The notes: generated by a model not told the origin, from the letters alone. 41,089 bases of DNA from a virus (IMGVR_UViG_2563366819_000008); one strand, 5' to 3'; positions 26,722 through 35,199 are shown, numbered from the stretch's first letter. Program-made: numbers and translations.

Positions 26722-28195
26722 ATGCAAAAGGATCATAGTCTGTGATGGCTTTGCCTTGCTGGTTCTGCTGCCCGGGAATTCGCAGACGCTTCGACACAGG
26801 GAACGCAAACGTCAGCAGTAGCGCATCGCCTTTACCCGGCGAACGCCCAAGCCGCTCCTTGATATCTTCCTTCGGTTCGATAACGATTTTACCGTCCACA
26901 CGAACTTTGTACTCTGCTGCCGACAGGTCGTCCGCTGTTTCCTGGTCATCCAGCATGCCGCCGAGCCTCAGCCATGTCTTGCATGAGTTGAACATCTCCC
27001 CACGCTTGTTAAGCATCTGCGGGTCAGTAGACGCGCCACCGAACGGAACAAGTTGCCATGTACGACCCCAGCCGTCACCGATTGACTTCAAACCGGTTCC
27101 GTAACCGAAGTCGATGAACACCGCGTCAGCCTGATACTGGTCTTCAAAGTCAGCGATACGCTTCGCCATAATCAGATCGTCGGTAGTCTTGTTGCCAGTC
27201 CACAGCACCTTACTGTGTAGCCCCTGCCGCAGGTATATCACAGCGTCATCAACGCCGGAGTATGCCGGGTCAACGCCGATTATCACCGGAGCATGTGCAA
27301 CCTGCGCAGCGGTTACCACCCGTTTCATTGCCTCGTCAGTAAGACCGGTAGGGATAAACTGCAATTCAGATGCATCAGGGAATATGCCACGCACACGGAT
27401 TTTAACGAAGTCGCTGTCTTCCCCGTAGTCATCAACCCATTTCTGCAACTGCTGTTTGTTGGTACCTTCCACCGTCCGACTGTCAATCTGCGCAGTTTTC
27501 CAGCGGTGTTTATACTTGCGGAAACATTCACGGAAACGTCCGGTGTTACGAGTAGGGTTTCCGAACGCCACCCAGATAATCTCAGTGTCTTCGTCCGTAA
27601 GCGCACCCTCAGCAACTTCCCACACCAGATCCGCAATGTTCGACGCTTCATCGAATACCACGATGATGCGTTTGCGCTCGTTGTGTAGTCCGGCGAATGC
27701 CTCAGTGTTGTGCTCAGACCAGGGGATTGCGTCAGCTCGCCACCGCTTGTCGTGCCCAGGATCATTGCTGTACATCGCGGTAGCGGTACAGGTAAACCAG
27801 TCTTTCGTGATAGCAAGGTTCGACCACTTGATAATTTCCGGCCAGGTCTTCGTTCGTAGCTGGTTGTCGGTGTTGGCGGTCACCACGACCTTACAATCCT
27901 CGCAAGTGGACATGCCCCAGTTGATCAACATTGAGATGAATGCTGATTTACCAATACCGTGGCCCGAAGCACGTGCCAGCATAAGCGGCTGATAGCGCGT
28001 CTCGGGATTCTGCAGGTGATCACGTATCTCTCGGAACGCATCGGCCTGCCACTGACGTGGGCCGGTAGCATGTGCCAGTTCAGTCCCCTCTTCCCCCCAC
28101 GGGAACGCATAGAGGGCATAGCCAAGCGGATCGTGAGTGAACCCTGCAATATCCTCGATCAACTGCTCTTCAGGAGATAACGCTGCATCTGTCAC
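26720..28195 (-). CDS. Terminase large subunit
   Basis: Walker A-like GHGIGKSAF, ATPase then nuclease domain organisation; overlaps TerS stop. Confidence 0.85.
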   Translation of the reverse strand: MTDAALSPEEQLIEDIAGFTHDPLGYALYAFPWGEEGTELAHATGPRQWQADAFREIRDHLQNPETRYQPLMLARASGHGIGKSAFISMLINWGMSTCEDCKVVVTANTDNQLRTKTWPEIIKWSNLAITKDWFTCTATAMYSNDPGHDKRWRADAIPWSEHNTEAFAGLHNERKRIIVVFDEASNIADLVWEVAEGALTDEDTEIIWVAFGNPTRNTGRFRECFRKYKHRWKTAQIDSRTVEGTNKQQLQKWVDDYGEDSDFVKIRVRGIFPDASELQFIPTGLTDEAMKRVVTAAQVAHAPVIIGVDPAYSGVDDAVIYLRQGLHSKVLWTGNKTTDDLIMAKRIADFEDQYQADAVFIDFGYGTGLKSIGDGWGRTWQLVPFGGASTDPQMLNKRGEMFNSCKTWLRLGGMLDDQETADDLSAAEYKVRVDGKIVIEPKEDIKERLGRSPGKGDALLLTFAFPVSKRLRIPGQQNQQGKAITDYDPFA

Positions 28196-28788
28196 TGATT
28201 ACCATCCTGACGTTCTTTGAGTCGCTTCCTGGCTGCTGCTATGCGATCAGCAATTGTCACATTCACATTAACATCCAGACGTTCTTTGAACGCGTTGACA
28301 TCAACATGCTTACCAATCAGCTCAAGGTTCTTCACCTTGTCAGGCCATTTAATTTTTTTGAGGATTGTCTCTATCGAATCCTCGTTCATGTTCATGATGG
28401 TCGATGACAGATCAAAGCCACTAAGCGTAGTGCGCCAGATTTTCGGCCACTCACGGATTGGTTTAAGGCTCCCATCGTCGTTGAGGATGTCGATCACATC
28501 CATCTGGTCGATCTCCACCAGGCGCATAAGAACGTAATCGGCACTGACGCGCATTCGTTTGTTGCGCTCCTCCATCAGCTCGGCAATCCGTTTTTGAATG
28601 CGTTCATCGCGCATCATGACACTGGCTTTAACTGCCGCTGTATTTGGGGAGAATCCTGCGTTAATCGCTGCCTGAGTCTGGTTTTCAGGCGTTTTGATGT
28701 ATGACTGGCAATAAGCCTCCTGCATTGCTGTTAGTGGCTTAAATTGCGTTGATTTGCGTTTATAGGTTTTAGGTTCAGCAGGCATCAT
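28192..28788 (-). CDS. Terminase small subunit (start moved to MMPAEPK)
   Basis: Position upstream of TerL; track ORF begins at a TTG inside tandem repeats that translate to low-complexity TITTTVTITT, so the ATG at 28788 is preferred. Confidence 0.6.
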   Translation of the reverse strand: MMPAEPKTYKRKSTQFKPLTAMQEAYCQSYIKTPENQTQAAINAGFSPNTAAVKASVMMRDERIQKRIAELMEERNKRMRVSADYVLMRLVEIDQMDVIDILNDDGSLKPIREWPKIWRTTLSGFDLSSTIMNMNEDSIETILKKIKWPDKVKNLELIGKHVDVNAFKERLDVNVNVTIADRIAAARKRLKERQDGNQ

Positions 28789-28795
28789 AACCACC

Positions 28796-28827
28796 GTGGT
28801 AATAGTTACCGTTGTGGTAATAGTACC
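28796..28827. repeat. Tandem everted half-site repeats GTGGTAATAGTTACC / GTGGTAATAGTACC
   Basis: GGTAA-tag-TTACC uses the same half-sites as the operator motif but in everted order, just upstream of terS. Confidence 0.6.
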
Positions 28828-28830
28828 ATG

Positions 28831-28857
28831 CAAAATAAAGCCGCCATAGTTGGCGGC
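28831..28857 (-). terminator. Minus-strand intrinsic terminator GCCGCC-loop-GGCGGC plus UUUAUUUUG in the late leader (tR'-like)
   Basis: Located between the zinc-finger gene stop and terS start. Confidence 0.55.
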
Positions 28858-28898
28858 AGTATTCAAAACCCGTCAAATTCATCATGCATAATCTACTC

Positions 28899-28910
28899 GT
28901 GACATGTCAC
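28899..28910. repeat. 12-bp perfect palindrome GTGACATGTCAC (copy 3 of 3)
   Basis: Contains the TGA stop of the 28907..29248 gene; about 50 bp upstream of the tR'-like hairpin. Confidence 0.8.
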
Positions 28911-29248
28911 ACTATTAATTTCGTTTCATGCCAGCCTTTAGTCACCCAGCATTGCGAGTCACCATTACACGGGCATGAATTAACTGGAACTCTCTCGCCG
29001 CACTTACCGCAACGTTTTCTGCTGATCGATTTTATACGCCCGCGCACGCGTGCATCATCCTGGCGGATCAGTAACGCTATATACTCACCAAATTCGTAAG
29101 GCGCACGCCCGGGGCGACGCGTGGCACAGTTACGCTCCAGCATTTCAATTTCCTGAGCATCAAGCACAATTTCCAGCTTACGCACACCAGATGCAGCTTG
29201 TCTGGCTCTCTGAGCGGCTTTGCGCTCTGCTGCTGATTTAGCCATCAA
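28907..29248 (-). CDS. Zinc-finger protein (Cys cluster CGKCG...CPCNG...C), late-regulator candidate
   Basis: Last gene before the late leader; basic N-terminus; function inferred from position only. Confidence 0.4.
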   Translation of the reverse strand: MMAKSAAERKAAQRARQAASGVRKLEIVLDAQEIEMLERNCATRRPGRAPYEFGEYIALLIRQDDARVRGRIKSISRKRCGKCGERVPVNSCPCNGDSQCWVTKGWHETKLIV

Positions 29249-29519
29249 TATTCACCTTTATCGCGTACACCTTTACCGGTTTATCGCCGAAGTGGGGATG
29301 TGTGATTGTCTTTATTTCATATCCATCATACGGAACATCAATTCTACGGCTGGAATCGTCGCGCTTCGGATATCCCTTTGTGATAATCAGGCGGTCATAC
29401 TCCCGGAACATAATTCGCTTATTCCAGTAGTCATTACACAGGCGATACTCTTCCGTTTTCTCTCCGCGAATCATGGCATCGAAGTATTCACCTTTAACGG
29501 CAAGTTGCAGGTTAGCCAC
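29238..29519 (-). CDS. Small ASCH-like domain protein
   Basis: Approximate family resemblance only. Confidence 0.35.
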   Translation of the reverse strand: MANLQLAVKGEYFDAMIRGEKTEEYRLCNDYWNKRIMFREYDRLIITKGYPKRDDSSRRIDVPYDGYEIKTITHPHFGDKPVKVYAIKVNIDG

Positions 29520-30315
29520 GGTTAACCTCCTGCGGCGGTTCTGGTAGATGCATCCAGTGGGTTACACCGTCAATTGGTTCATCGTCGTCGTACTCCAATG
29601 CGGCTATATAGAACCCGTCACGACGAGAATAAGAAATCCCGGACATTACAATGCCATCCGAAACAACTATAATGTCACCCGTTTCTTCCGGCATTCGCTC
29701 ACTACAGCTTATCCAACCATCCGGAGTTACCGGATAGTTGCGCATTGCGACCTTTAATGCCTCATAGAAGCAACCTTTCAGATTGTTGAACTGACGCCCA
29801 TTTAGCGGGACGTGTTCAGTCAGCATGTTGTGTAATTTCCATGCCGCGTCGTTTACTTCGCTGGATGACAGGGGAGGCAACTTGTAAGTTTGGCTTACAG
29901 GTTCGGCACCATGAAGCATGGCAGCACGGCAGGCGTTCCAGCCTCTCACCTCTGCAATAGCGGCAACAGCATCAACCGTGTACATGCTAAGAGGATTAGG
30001 CATTGGTTTTTCTTCCGGTACTACTGGCACTGGAGGGGCGGTATAAAACTTCGTCCCCAGCGGCAACAACTTCATCGCTTTTTCTCCCTTAATGATGCGA
30101 TAAGTTGATTTCCCGCCAAGGTCTACCGTTCCATCCATAACAAGGCCGAGTCGCTTCTCTGAAACCTCACCAATAGGCTCTGCTTCCAGCGATGCCAGAG
30201 CAATTCGTGCCAGTTCTTCCGCTTCTTCTGCTGGCAGTACAACGTTGCTACCAGGTCCGTATGTTTCGCGCCACTGCTTGAGTGTCAGCAGTCGTTCTTT
30301 GGTCATAGTGGTCAT
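29512..30315 (-). CDS. DUF551-type lambdoid early protein
   Basis: C-terminal GW...DGVTHWMHLPEPP block; start at MTTMTKERLL next to upstream stop. Confidence 0.5.
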   Translation of the reverse strand: MTTMTKERLLTLKQWRETYGPGSNVVLPAEEAEELARIALASLEAEPIGEVSEKRLGLVMDGTVDLGGKSTYRIIKGEKAMKLLPLGTKFYTAPPVPVVPEEKPMPNPLSMYTVDAVAAIAEVRGWNACRAAMLHGAEPVSQTYKLPPLSSSEVNDAAWKLHNMLTEHVPLNGRQFNNLKGCFYEALKVAMRNYPVTPDGWISCSERMPEETGDIIVVSDGIVMSGISYSRRDGFYIAALEYDDDEPIDGVTHWMHLPEPPQEVNRG

Positions 30316-30316
30316 A

Positions 30317-30979
30317 TCACTCTCCTTTGATGCGAAAGCCAGCTGCGCTTGCTGATTCTTCATATGCGCGTTTAGCAGCGTTAAGGATTGCTGCCAGTGG
30401 CGTATAGCCGCCATCCATTCGGATTGTGTTGTGGATGCCAGCCATTGTGTTGCGCAATTTTCTGTGGCTAGCAGACAGTTCTGCTATGCGCTTCTCTGCG
30501 GCTTCCAGCTTCTCGCGCATATCGTCAACGTACTCGACCAGAGAACCGCCAGCAGGAATTTCGCACTCCTCGACCAGTTGGAAGTAGATATCAGCTGCGG
30601 CCCGTGTGTTGCTATGCCTAGCGTCGCCCATCTCACCTTCACGAAGAGCATCGCGTTCGGCGGTAAGATTGGCTATTTTGCTGTCTTTGCCTTCCAGCTC
30701 AACGCGCAGCTTCCCTACCGTTAGCGCAATTTCCTCGTTCTCCTGATCGCGGCGTTTGATGTATTGCTGGTTTCTTTCCCGTTCATCCAGTAGTGCCAGC
30801 ACGGTTTCTGGTCCGGTCAGAAATTTGAAGGCGTTGAGCGCATCAATATCCACACCGTAATCTTTAAGTTCCTGTTCACTTAACAAATCATCATCAGCTG
30901 GCAACATTAACAGGCGTTCCATTGCTGGAATTGCACGTTCCGCCGCCTCACGCAGTGCCTGGTAATTAATTTCGCTCAC
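30317..30979 (-). CDS. Ead/Ea22-like protein (probable GTG start overlapping upstream stop)
   Basis: N-terminal SEINYQALREAAERA pattern; RBS aaggagg before the GTG. Confidence 0.5.
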   Translation of the reverse strand: MSEINYQALREAAERAIPAMERLLMLPADDDLLSEQELKDYGVDIDALNAFKFLTGPETVLALLDERERNQQYIKRRDQENEEIALTVGKLRVELEGKDSKIANLTAERDALREGEMGDARHSNTRAAADIYFQLVEECEIPAGGSLVEYVDDMREKLEAAEKRIAELSASHRKLRNTMAGIHNTIRMDGGYTPLAAILNAAKRAYEESASAAGFRIKGE

Positions 30980-31443
30980 TGGTTGCCTCCTTTGCGAAGC
31001 TGCTCCGCACAATGCAGCAGGGCGTCCGTCGCTTCTTTCACCGTAACGATGTCGCCATCGTCCAGCCCGGCAACCGTCGCGTCCTTAACGAACACCGAGC
31101 AAAGGTCATTAAACGCCTGCGCCCGTACTTCAGCCAAGAAAGCGTCGGTGGCTGTGGTTTCGATATCGTTAATTTCAGGAAGAATCTCTTCCCATGTAGC
31201 GATATCGCCATTCAAATGCCATCCGGCAATTCCACTGGAGTTATCCGCAACACTCCGAACGGCTTCAATAGTTTCATGCATTGCCGCATTCTCCGCTGCC
31301 AGCTCATTAGCACGCACCAACTGAACTTCCAGTTGCGCTGCCAAACAGCGAACAAGCACGGATGGTGCGCCTGTCATGTCGTCAGCTAACGCATGCCCTG
31401 ATGCCACTAAATCTTTGATCATACCTTCAGCCATACTTTCCAT
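30976..31443 (-). CDS. Ea22-like acidic protein
   Basis: Composition and position in non-essential early region. Confidence 0.4.
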   Translation of the reverse strand: MESMAEGMIKDLVASGHALADDMTGAPSVLVRCLAAQLEVQLVRANELAAENAAMHETIEAVRSVADNSSGIAGWHLNGDIATWEEILPEINDIETTATDAFLAEVRAQAFNDLCSVFVKDATVAGLDDGDIVTVKEATDALLHCAEQLRKGGNQ

Positions 31444-31504
31444 CTTTACCCTCGCTTATCCACATAACTTATTGATTGCATTGATAACTAAAAAGATCGT
31501 CGAC

Positions 31505-31849
31505 TCAGAACTCTTCGATGTTCCAGCCGCCACCTGCTTTCTTTGGTTTAACCGTTACCCCGATTATTCGGAACGGATACTGATCTGCGGCGACTTTTGT
31601 TTTCACTCTGGCGTCGTCGGTCCAGAAACCTTTCACTTCGTGCAGTTCCATCTCGCCGGTGGCGAGCATCACAGCAAAATCGGGCGTATAGAACGTGTTG
31701 TCAGCTAACCGCAGCTTGATACCCTCGAATCGATACCAGGCGATTTCCCCTGCACGTTTACGCTGCTCAAGGTGCTGGCAATACGCAGATTCTGTTTTGT
31801 TCATCTGGCCTGTTTTGAGTCGACCAAGAGCCTGTATCTGTTTTCTCAT
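31505..31849 (-). CDS. Small PD-(D/E)XK-type nuclease (VRR-NUC-like)
   Basis: TPDFAV ... ELHEVKG arrangement fits a PD...ExK active site. Confidence 0.45.
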   Translation of the reverse strand: MRKQIQALGRLKTGQMNKTESAYCQHLEQRKRAGEIAWYRFEGIKLRLADNTFYTPDFAVMLATGEMELHEVKGFWTDDARVKTKVAADQYPFRIIGVTVKPKKAGGGWNIEEF

Positions 31850-31851
31850 GA

Positions 31852-31868
31852 TTTACCTCTGAGGTAAT
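31852..31868. promoter_or_regulatory. Operator-like palindrome TTTACC-TCTGA-GGTAAT overlapping the RBS of the 31849 gene
   Basis: Right half-site GGTAA lies in the GAGGT Shine-Dalgarno. Confidence 0.55.
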
Positions 31869-31913
31869 TAAAAACCACATAAGACACGAAATCAATAGAT
31901 TTTAGAATATTTT

Positions 31914-31930
31914 ATTACCCATCAGGTAAT
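31914..31930. promoter_or_regulatory. Operator-like palindrome ATTACC-CATCA-GGTAAT
   Basis: Perfect 17-bp site between P-like gene end and nuclease gene. Confidence 0.6.
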
Positions 31931-31966
31931 CATTGAGACGTAAAAAAATGCGCTATCGCGCTGGTA

Positions 31967-32749
31967 TTACTTGATAAATCCTGCCGCCTTTCCCCGCCTG
32001 TATTCCTCCATCAGCCACTGCGCCGGTGTTATTCCCCCAAGGGTGGCGGCGTTAGGCATGCACCCGAAACTTCGCCCTGGTGGATGGTAAACGTCTCTCC
32101 CTGTGCCCGGAGGTGTACTCATGGGCTCTGGCTTTGCCTGTATGCTGATCACCGGATCGGGTATCTGCTGTCCGGAAGCCACCTTTTTCGCCCAATCATC
32201 GAGCAGCCTGCGCGCGTGTTTCTCAACCTCAATCTCGCTAAGCTGGCGCTGATACATTGCACGGCGGGTATCACATACGACCCAGTACATAACCGGATGT
32301 CGCCACGGGAATCTTTCGGGACCACCAGGATATAAACTTTTTTCCTTGCTGTACCGGTGAAACTCCGCCATCACATCGTCAATGGTGACGCCAAGAACCA
32401 TCTTGCTGTCTTTGCACCACTTGATGAATTGCCCTGGCGACGGCCAGAACGGAGATTCACTGGCGCGGGCGTGGCGCATACCAGCGTTAACCTGTTCCAT
32501 TGTTGTGATCCCATTCTCCAGAAACGCAAGCATCCATTGTTTTCGAAATTCGTTTAGCTTTCCTTGCTCGCTGATAGCAGCGATGCTGCCTGGAAATGCA
32601 GCCTGTAACTGGACAAACATTTCGTTGAAAATTCTTGCAACCTGCTCCTTCTTTGCCCTTTCATCGTCAGCAGAAGCAACCGCCGTCGAGTGGTCATGCC
32701 CACCACGAAAGCGATCGTACTCATTAAGAAGTTCTGGAGTTGATTTCAT
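31967..32749 (-). CDS. Replication protein P-like helicase loader
   Basis: Blocks FLENGITTMEQVNAGMR and PSPGQF closely match lambda P; start at MKSTPELL with RBS gaggtg. Confidence 0.8.
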   Translation of the reverse strand: MKSTPELLNEYDRFRGGHDHSTAVASADDERAKKEQVARIFNEMFVQLQAAFPGSIAAISEQGKLNEFRKQWMLAFLENGITTMEQVNAGMRHARASESPFWPSPGQFIKWCKDSKMVLGVTIDDVMAEFHRYSKEKSLYPGGPERFPWRHPVMYWVVCDTRRAMYQRQLSEIEVEKHARRLLDDWAKKVASGQQIPDPVISIQAKPEPMSTPPGTGRDVYHPPGRSFGCMPNAATLGGITPAQWLMEEYRRGKAAGFIK

Positions 32750-33557
32750 CCCACACCTCATCTATCCAGTCAGTGTTATGCCAGTCAAGGCTCTTTCTGA
32801 CTTCACCTGATTTCTGTCTACAGAACTGGATGCGCCTTGCCAGCTTCTGCTCCCACTGTGCCTGATGGTATGCCTTACCCTCAGCCATCCAGTAAATTCT
32901 GAACTCTGCAAGTTCCTGTGCCGTTGGCAGACTGTCCAGGTAGATCCCCTGCAATGAGCTTTTCCGAAGAAAGTCATCTGATGGCTGCCATTGTTCATGC
33001 ATGACAAATTTGCCTAATTGCCCTGGCCCACCAGGAGGAACAAAGTTATTCATCACGGCGTTGTTTGCGCCGGGGTCATGATGCACAGAATCCCCGTTTT
33101 TTGTCCTGCTCTCCCTCTCTTGGTTAAATGACTGGTTATATGACTGGTTCTGGATCCCGTTTTTGGGATCATTCAACATCCCGTTTTTGGGATCATTCAA
33201 CATCCCGTTTTTGGGTATATTCCCGTTTTCGGTAACATTACCGTTTTCGGGTTCATTGCCCCCCTCCCGGCTGCCTTTAATGTTCCCGTTTTTGGTTATA
33301 TTAAGAGAGAAAACCCGCACTCTTTTTGTCGCTCCCTTTCTCTCTCCGGTATCTGAAATAAGCCCCATTTTCATGAGCGATATAAGCCCGGCCTGCACGG
33401 TTTTTTTATTCAGGCAAGTGTCTTTAACGAGGCGTTCTATGCTGGGGTAGCAGAGGTTATATTCATCGGCTCTGTCAGCCATCGAGAGCAGTATGAGCTT
33501 TAATGATGAGCTACCTGGATCTGTCTCCCAGGCCCAATCTGTTGCATGTCTGCTCAT
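32724..33557 (-). CDS. Replication initiator, O-like, with internal origin iterons
   Basis: N-terminal winged-helix-type block; central repeats in DNA and protein (NGMLNDPK x2). Confidence 0.65.
   Translation of the reverse strand: MSRHATDWAWETDPGSSSLKLILLSMADRADEYNLCYPSIERLVKDTCLNKKTVQAGLISLMKMGLISDTGERKGATKRVRVFSLNITKNGNIKGSREGGNEPENGNVTENGNIPKNGMLNDPKNGMLNDPKNGIQNQSYNQSFNQERESRTKNGDSVHHDPGANNAVMNNFVPPGGPGQLGKFVMHEQWQPSDDFLRKSSLQGIYLDSLPTAQELAEFRIYWMAEGKAYHQAQWEQKLARRIQFCRQKSGEVRKSLDWHNTDWIDEVWDEINSRTS
33153..33300. repeat. Origin iterons: 24-bp unit GATCCCGTTTTTGGGATCATTCAA x2 plus about four degenerate CCCGTTTT(T/C)GG copies
   Basis: Direct repeats inside the O-like gene. Confidence 0.7.
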
Positions 33558-33572
33558 GATTAATCTCCGCTA

Positions 33573-33773
33573 TCAGCTTGAGTGTTGTGGGGAGGAATTA
33601 ATCATGATCTGCTTAATCTCTGCCCTGATGCGACGGTTTGATTCCATGGTGCACTCAACACAGTGTCCGTTGTAAACCCAGCGTTCACTGTCATGTCCGT
33701 GCTTACATGGTTTTCCGGTGTAGTAGCGTTTAAGTCCGCGCTTTGCGGCATCAATACGTGTAATGATTTCCAT
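33573..33773 (-). CDS. Small zinc-binding protein in the cII position
   Basis: Motif CKHGH...CVEC; start codon uncertain (alternative at 33836). Confidence 0.35.
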   Translation of the reverse strand: MEIITRIDAAKRGLKRYYTGKPCKHGHDSERWVYNGHCVECTMESNRRIRAEIKQIMINSSPQHSS

Positions 33774-33852
33774 GGTAAGCCCTGTTATTAGTATTGGGAT
33801 TACGGTCATTTTGTGCTGACACAAAAAAAAGATCAACCAGATTTGGTTTTTT

Positions 33853-33869
33853 ATTACCTTTGAGGTACG
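33853..33869. promoter_or_regulatory. Operator-like site ATTACC-TTTGA-GGTACG (one mismatch)
   Basis: Between Cro-like gene and the next gene. Confidence 0.45.
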
Positions 33870-33923
33870 AATAGATATGAAAAGACCGCCGGGTGGCGGT
33901 CTACAGAGGGTTGTAGCTGGATA

Positions 33924-34154
33924 TCATGAGTAGAAGAAGTATGCCAGTTCTGCTTTTGAGCGCAGCCATTGTCTTGTTTTACAGGCTTTAAAAAGCCCAT
34001 TCATCAATACCTTACCTGGCATTTTGCGCTTACCTGTTAAGTGAGTCTGGATATAGTGACTCGTCGTTCCGGCTTCCTGTGCGAAGGCTTCACGCTCATC
34101 CGGAGTAAGTGCAAGCCAGTGCTTTTTGAAATCGAAATGTCCGTTATCGCTCAT
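33924..34154 (-). CDS. Cro-like HTH regulator
   Basis: Small HTH protein divergent from the repressor gene, first gene of the rightward early operon. Confidence 0.5.
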   Translation of the reverse strand: MSDNGHFDFKKHWLALTPDEREAFAQEAGTTSHYIQTHLTGKRKMPGKVLMNGLFKACKTRQWLRSKAELAYFFYS

Positions 34155-34190
34155 AGCTATTGCCTGATATTTATTTCAGATAATAAATAT

Positions 34191-34254
34191 TCACCCATAA
34201 GGTAACAAAAATCAAGGATAGTTACCTATGAGGTGCATTTACCTGTTGGGTAAT
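34191..34254. promoter_or_regulatory. Divergent immunity promoter region with three operator sites (two imperfect, one perfect TTTACC-TGTTG-GGTAAT at 34238-34254)
   Basis: TCACC-cataa-GGTAA, TTACC-tatga-GGTGC and a perfect site between the Cro-like and repressor genes. Confidence 0.6.
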
Positions 34255-34308
34255 ATTGCTTTAAATTGAATCATCTACTGATTCATATATGAGGCGATTT
34301 TCCAGAAA

Positions 34309-34893
34309 ATGAAAAGTATCCAGGACGTCCGCAGGCAAAATCTCAACGACTTGATCGACCGTGAATTCAATGGTGTTCAGACGCGGATGGCAGAAAAACT
34401 TGGAACTCAGGCAAATCTGGTAAACCGCTGGGCTCTTGGCAAGAAGGTTATCGGCGACCAGGTTGCACGAAAAATTGAAGCTGCCGCCAATAAACCCCGT
34501 AACTGGCTTGATATCGATCGCTCGCTTTCTCAGGAAGGTTTTCAGCCTGTCGGCCCAAGCGACATTGGCCAGCTGGCGGCTCACAACCTGGAACGCTGGA
34601 TGAGCGAAAGCCGCGACCTTTCAACACAGGGAAAACTTCACCGCGCATCCGGCGTAGCCCAGGTGACAATCAGCCGCCTGTTAAACAATGAGGTCAGCGT
34701 TTCCATTTCCACCCTGGAGAATGTTGCATCCGCATTCGGGCGTCACGGCTATGAATTACTGATTCACCCGCACGACCCTGCGACCATCAACTATGATCGC
34801 TCGCGCTACGCATTGTTACCCGAAACCGAGAAAGCAAAGATCGAAAGTTACATTGAATTTGTCATCAACCAGAACGAAAAAAACAAACAATAA
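34309..34893 (+). CDS. Repressor-position protein with two tandem HTH domains and no LexA-like autopeptidase domain
   Basis: Two HTH_XRE-like segments (QTRMAEKLGTQANLVNRW and HRASGVAQVTISRLL); divergent from cro; own terminator. Confidence 0.55.
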   Translation: MKSIQDVRRQNLNDLIDREFNGVQTRMAEKLGTQANLVNRWALGKKVIGDQVARKIEAAANKPRNWLDIDRSLSQEGFQPVGPSDIGQLAAHNLERWMSESRDLSTQGKLHRASGVAQVTISRLLNNEVSVSISTLENVASAFGRHGYELLIHPHDPATINYDRSRYALLPETEKAKIESYIEFVINQNEKNKQ

Positions 34894-34913
34894 AACCATA
34901 TTTTTCAGTAAGT

Positions 34914-34940
34914 AAGCCGCCTTATGGCGGCTTTTTCATT
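34914..34940 (+). terminator. Intrinsic terminator AAGCCGCC-TTAT-GGCGGCTT plus T-run
   Basis: Directly after the repressor stop. Confidence 0.65.
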
Positions 34941-34949
34941 GCCTATTCG

Positions 34950-34966
34950 ATTACCTAACGGGTAAT
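34950..34966. promoter_or_regulatory. Operator ATTACC-TAACG-GGTAAT (early-left promoter)
   Basis: Perfect 17-bp palindrome. Confidence 0.6.
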
Positions 34967-35011
34967 TTTTTTAACTCATATCTATTGACATCAAACCATA
35001 TACGCATAATT

Positions 35012-35028
35012 ATTACCTCAACGGTAAC
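35012..35028. promoter_or_regulatory. Operator ATTACC-TCAAC-GGTAAC (early-left promoter)
   Basis: Second site 62 bp from the first; TTGACA hexamer at about 34985 between them. Confidence 0.6.
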
Positions 35029-35046
35029 AGACCGAGGTAACAAGTT

Positions 35047-35199
35047 ATGCAGTGGAAAATCATCAACGGTTGGTACTGCGTTACTGCATGCGGATTCATG
35101 AGCTGGAAGTTCCGCACCTTACAGGAAGGCATTAAGTGGGCTTTCGTCAGCAAAGAAGCTCGCGATGTGGCCAACGATAACGAGATATGGGAGGGCTGA
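35047..35199 (+). CDS. Hypothetical 50-aa protein, first gene of the early-left operon
   Basis: RBS GAGGT; below the track cutoff, translated by hand. Confidence 0.3.
   Translation: MQWKIINGWYCVTACGFMSWKFRTLQEGIKWAFVSKEARDVANDNEIWEG

Noticed and set aside
9979-28180. Many 60-240-aa ORFs antisense to or nested in large virion and terminase genes (for example 10554..11015, 12822..13298, 15684..16169, 23777..24514, 27456..27992)
   Set aside because: Embedded in strongly supported long coding frames on the opposite strand or alternative frames; typical shadow ORFs.
28789-28866. N-terminal extension of the TerS ORF
   Set aside because: Begins at a TTG inside tandem DNA repeats and encodes low-complexity TITTTVTITT; start moved to ATG at 28788.
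33153-33300. Tandem direct repeats that could be mistaken for a CRISPR array
   Set aside because: Units are contiguous without unique spacers, lie inside a coding gene and are mirrored in the protein; they are origin iterons. No CRISPR array seen anywhere in the window.
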